A stretch of DNA of 64,000 nt from Bacteriovoracia bacterium (lineage in GTDB: Bacteria > Bdellovibrionota > Bacteriovoracia > Bacteriovoracales > Bacteriovoracaceae), in NCBI GenBank assembly GCA_030427595.1, contig JAUIBX010000001.1:18217-82216 (forward strand), read 5' to 3'. The notes under the pieces are model-generated. The model searched no databases and was not told where the DNA came from. It saw nothing but the letters and a program-made list of their open reading frames with translations. Each line of letters opens with the position of its first letter. Position 1 is the first letter of the stretch. This document shows, one piece after another, positions 63,517 to 64,000 of this stretch. A program made the translations under genes and the position numbers.

Positions 63517-63842
63517 CTTTTCTCCGCTTATTTTCCCTCATCTTTTACTTCACTCACGCGACTCCTTATCGGTCACGTACTGAAGTACGCTCCCTCTTCG
63601 TCGCTTTGAGTTCAGTAAAATCTAATGAAAACTAAGCTGGAGAAAAGGATTTCAATGCAGGTATTTAAGGAAGGCAAATAATTGATATTTGGCTATTGTG
63701 CGAAGTGTCTAAAATAAATCAATCAGCTCTACTTAAGTATTGGACTTTTCCTGTTTTTTGTTACATAAGGGAGTGCTAATGCATTATTTATCCGTTTTGA
63801 AAAGCAGGTATTTCTGCTTAAAAACGATTACTACGGTGTTTT

Positions 63843-64000
63843 ATGTCGATTATTAAAGCAGAAGACAGCAAGAAGTGGGTTAACTTTTTTGTCGCTTTAG
63901 TTTCCATTTTATGTGGTTACGTAACTATTAAATTCCTTGGCCAAATGGGTGAGTGGTTTGACCTTGAAGCAAAGGTTCCTTATTTCATTGGCGTTTCTCA
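63843..64000 (+). CDS. secE: Partial CDS, probable preprotein translocase subunit SecE (by synteny)
   Basis: The ATG at 63843 opens MSIIKAEDSKKWVNFFVALVSILCGYVTIKFLGQMGEWFDLEAKVPYFIGVS, which contains a TM helix, and the ORF runs off the window. The conserved order tuf, tRNA-Trp, secE, nusG supports the call. The sequence alone is not diagnostic. Confidence 0.4.
   Translation, partial: MSIIKAEDSKKWVNFFVALVSILCGYVTIKFLGQMGEWFDLEAKVPYFIGVS

Noticed and set aside
61524-63583. ORF-track entries 61524..61937(-), 62051..62473(-), 62703..63074(+), 63052..63237(-) and 63359..63583(+)
   Set aside because: These overlap tRNA genes or lie within or antisense to tuf, which has an unambiguous frame. They are artefacts of long open frames in constrained sequence.
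63369-63600. Possible inverted or direct repeats flanking tRNA-Trp suggesting an integration site
   Set aside because: Only short words recur (CCCGAGG twice upstream, and GGAGCG-like words on both sides). I could not build a convincing alignment, and no integrase is nearby.
1-64000. CRISPR arrays, IS elements, integrases, prophage or defence-system genes
   Set aside because: I saw no regularly spaced direct repeats, transposase or integrase motifs, or restriction, Cas or abortive-infection-like genes anywhere in the window. Gene content is housekeeping throughout.

Overview
AT-rich chromosomal window from a Gram-negative, flagellated bacterium. LpxC, BamD, FlgH/FlgI, TonB and Lgt/LspA are all present. 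The low GC, compact overlapping genes and a csrA-fliW pair at the end of the flagellar cluster suggest a Bdellovibrio/Bacteriovorax-like lineage, but that is inference only. Almost all of the window is core housekeeping sequence:
- mrp/apbC, the etfBA + acyl-CoA dehydrogenase cluster, and folK
- an amgK-murU-like peptidoglycan salvage pair
- an operon of CHASE2 histidine kinase, sigma-54 response regulator, lspA-like gene and lgt
- icmF plus a PduO-type adenosyltransferase
- erpA plus a YgfZ-TPR fusion
- astA-astD, bamD, xseB and PBP1A
- a contiguous flagellar cluster: flgF-G-A-H-I, rod-binding gene, flgM-N-K-L, csrA, fliW
- folD-gcvT-gcvH, ruvCAB, lpxC, proS and rlmB
- the classic tRNA(Thr-Tyr-Gly-Thr)-tuf-tRNA(Trp)-secE arrangement, plus a separate tRNA-Asn

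I found no CRISPR array, transposase, integrase, prophage or recognisable defence island.

The one feature the gene models do not explain is a GC-rich intergenic block at about 2141-2640. It is a roughly 385-nt nested inverted repeat followed by a G-poor C/A-rich tail. It sits directly upstream of a consensus sigma-54 promoter (2670-2685) that drives an orphan secreted or anchored protein. I could not assign it to any RNA family from memory of their signature motifs. It could be a structured RNA, a REP/MITE-like element or an enhancer region, and this needs computation to settle.

The other findings are modest. They are candidate sigma-28 and sigma-54 promoters, a C11 homopolymer inside an FHA gene, a signal-peptide-like extension on FlgG, several degenerate or truncated enzyme homologues, and an unannotated 59-codon ORF.
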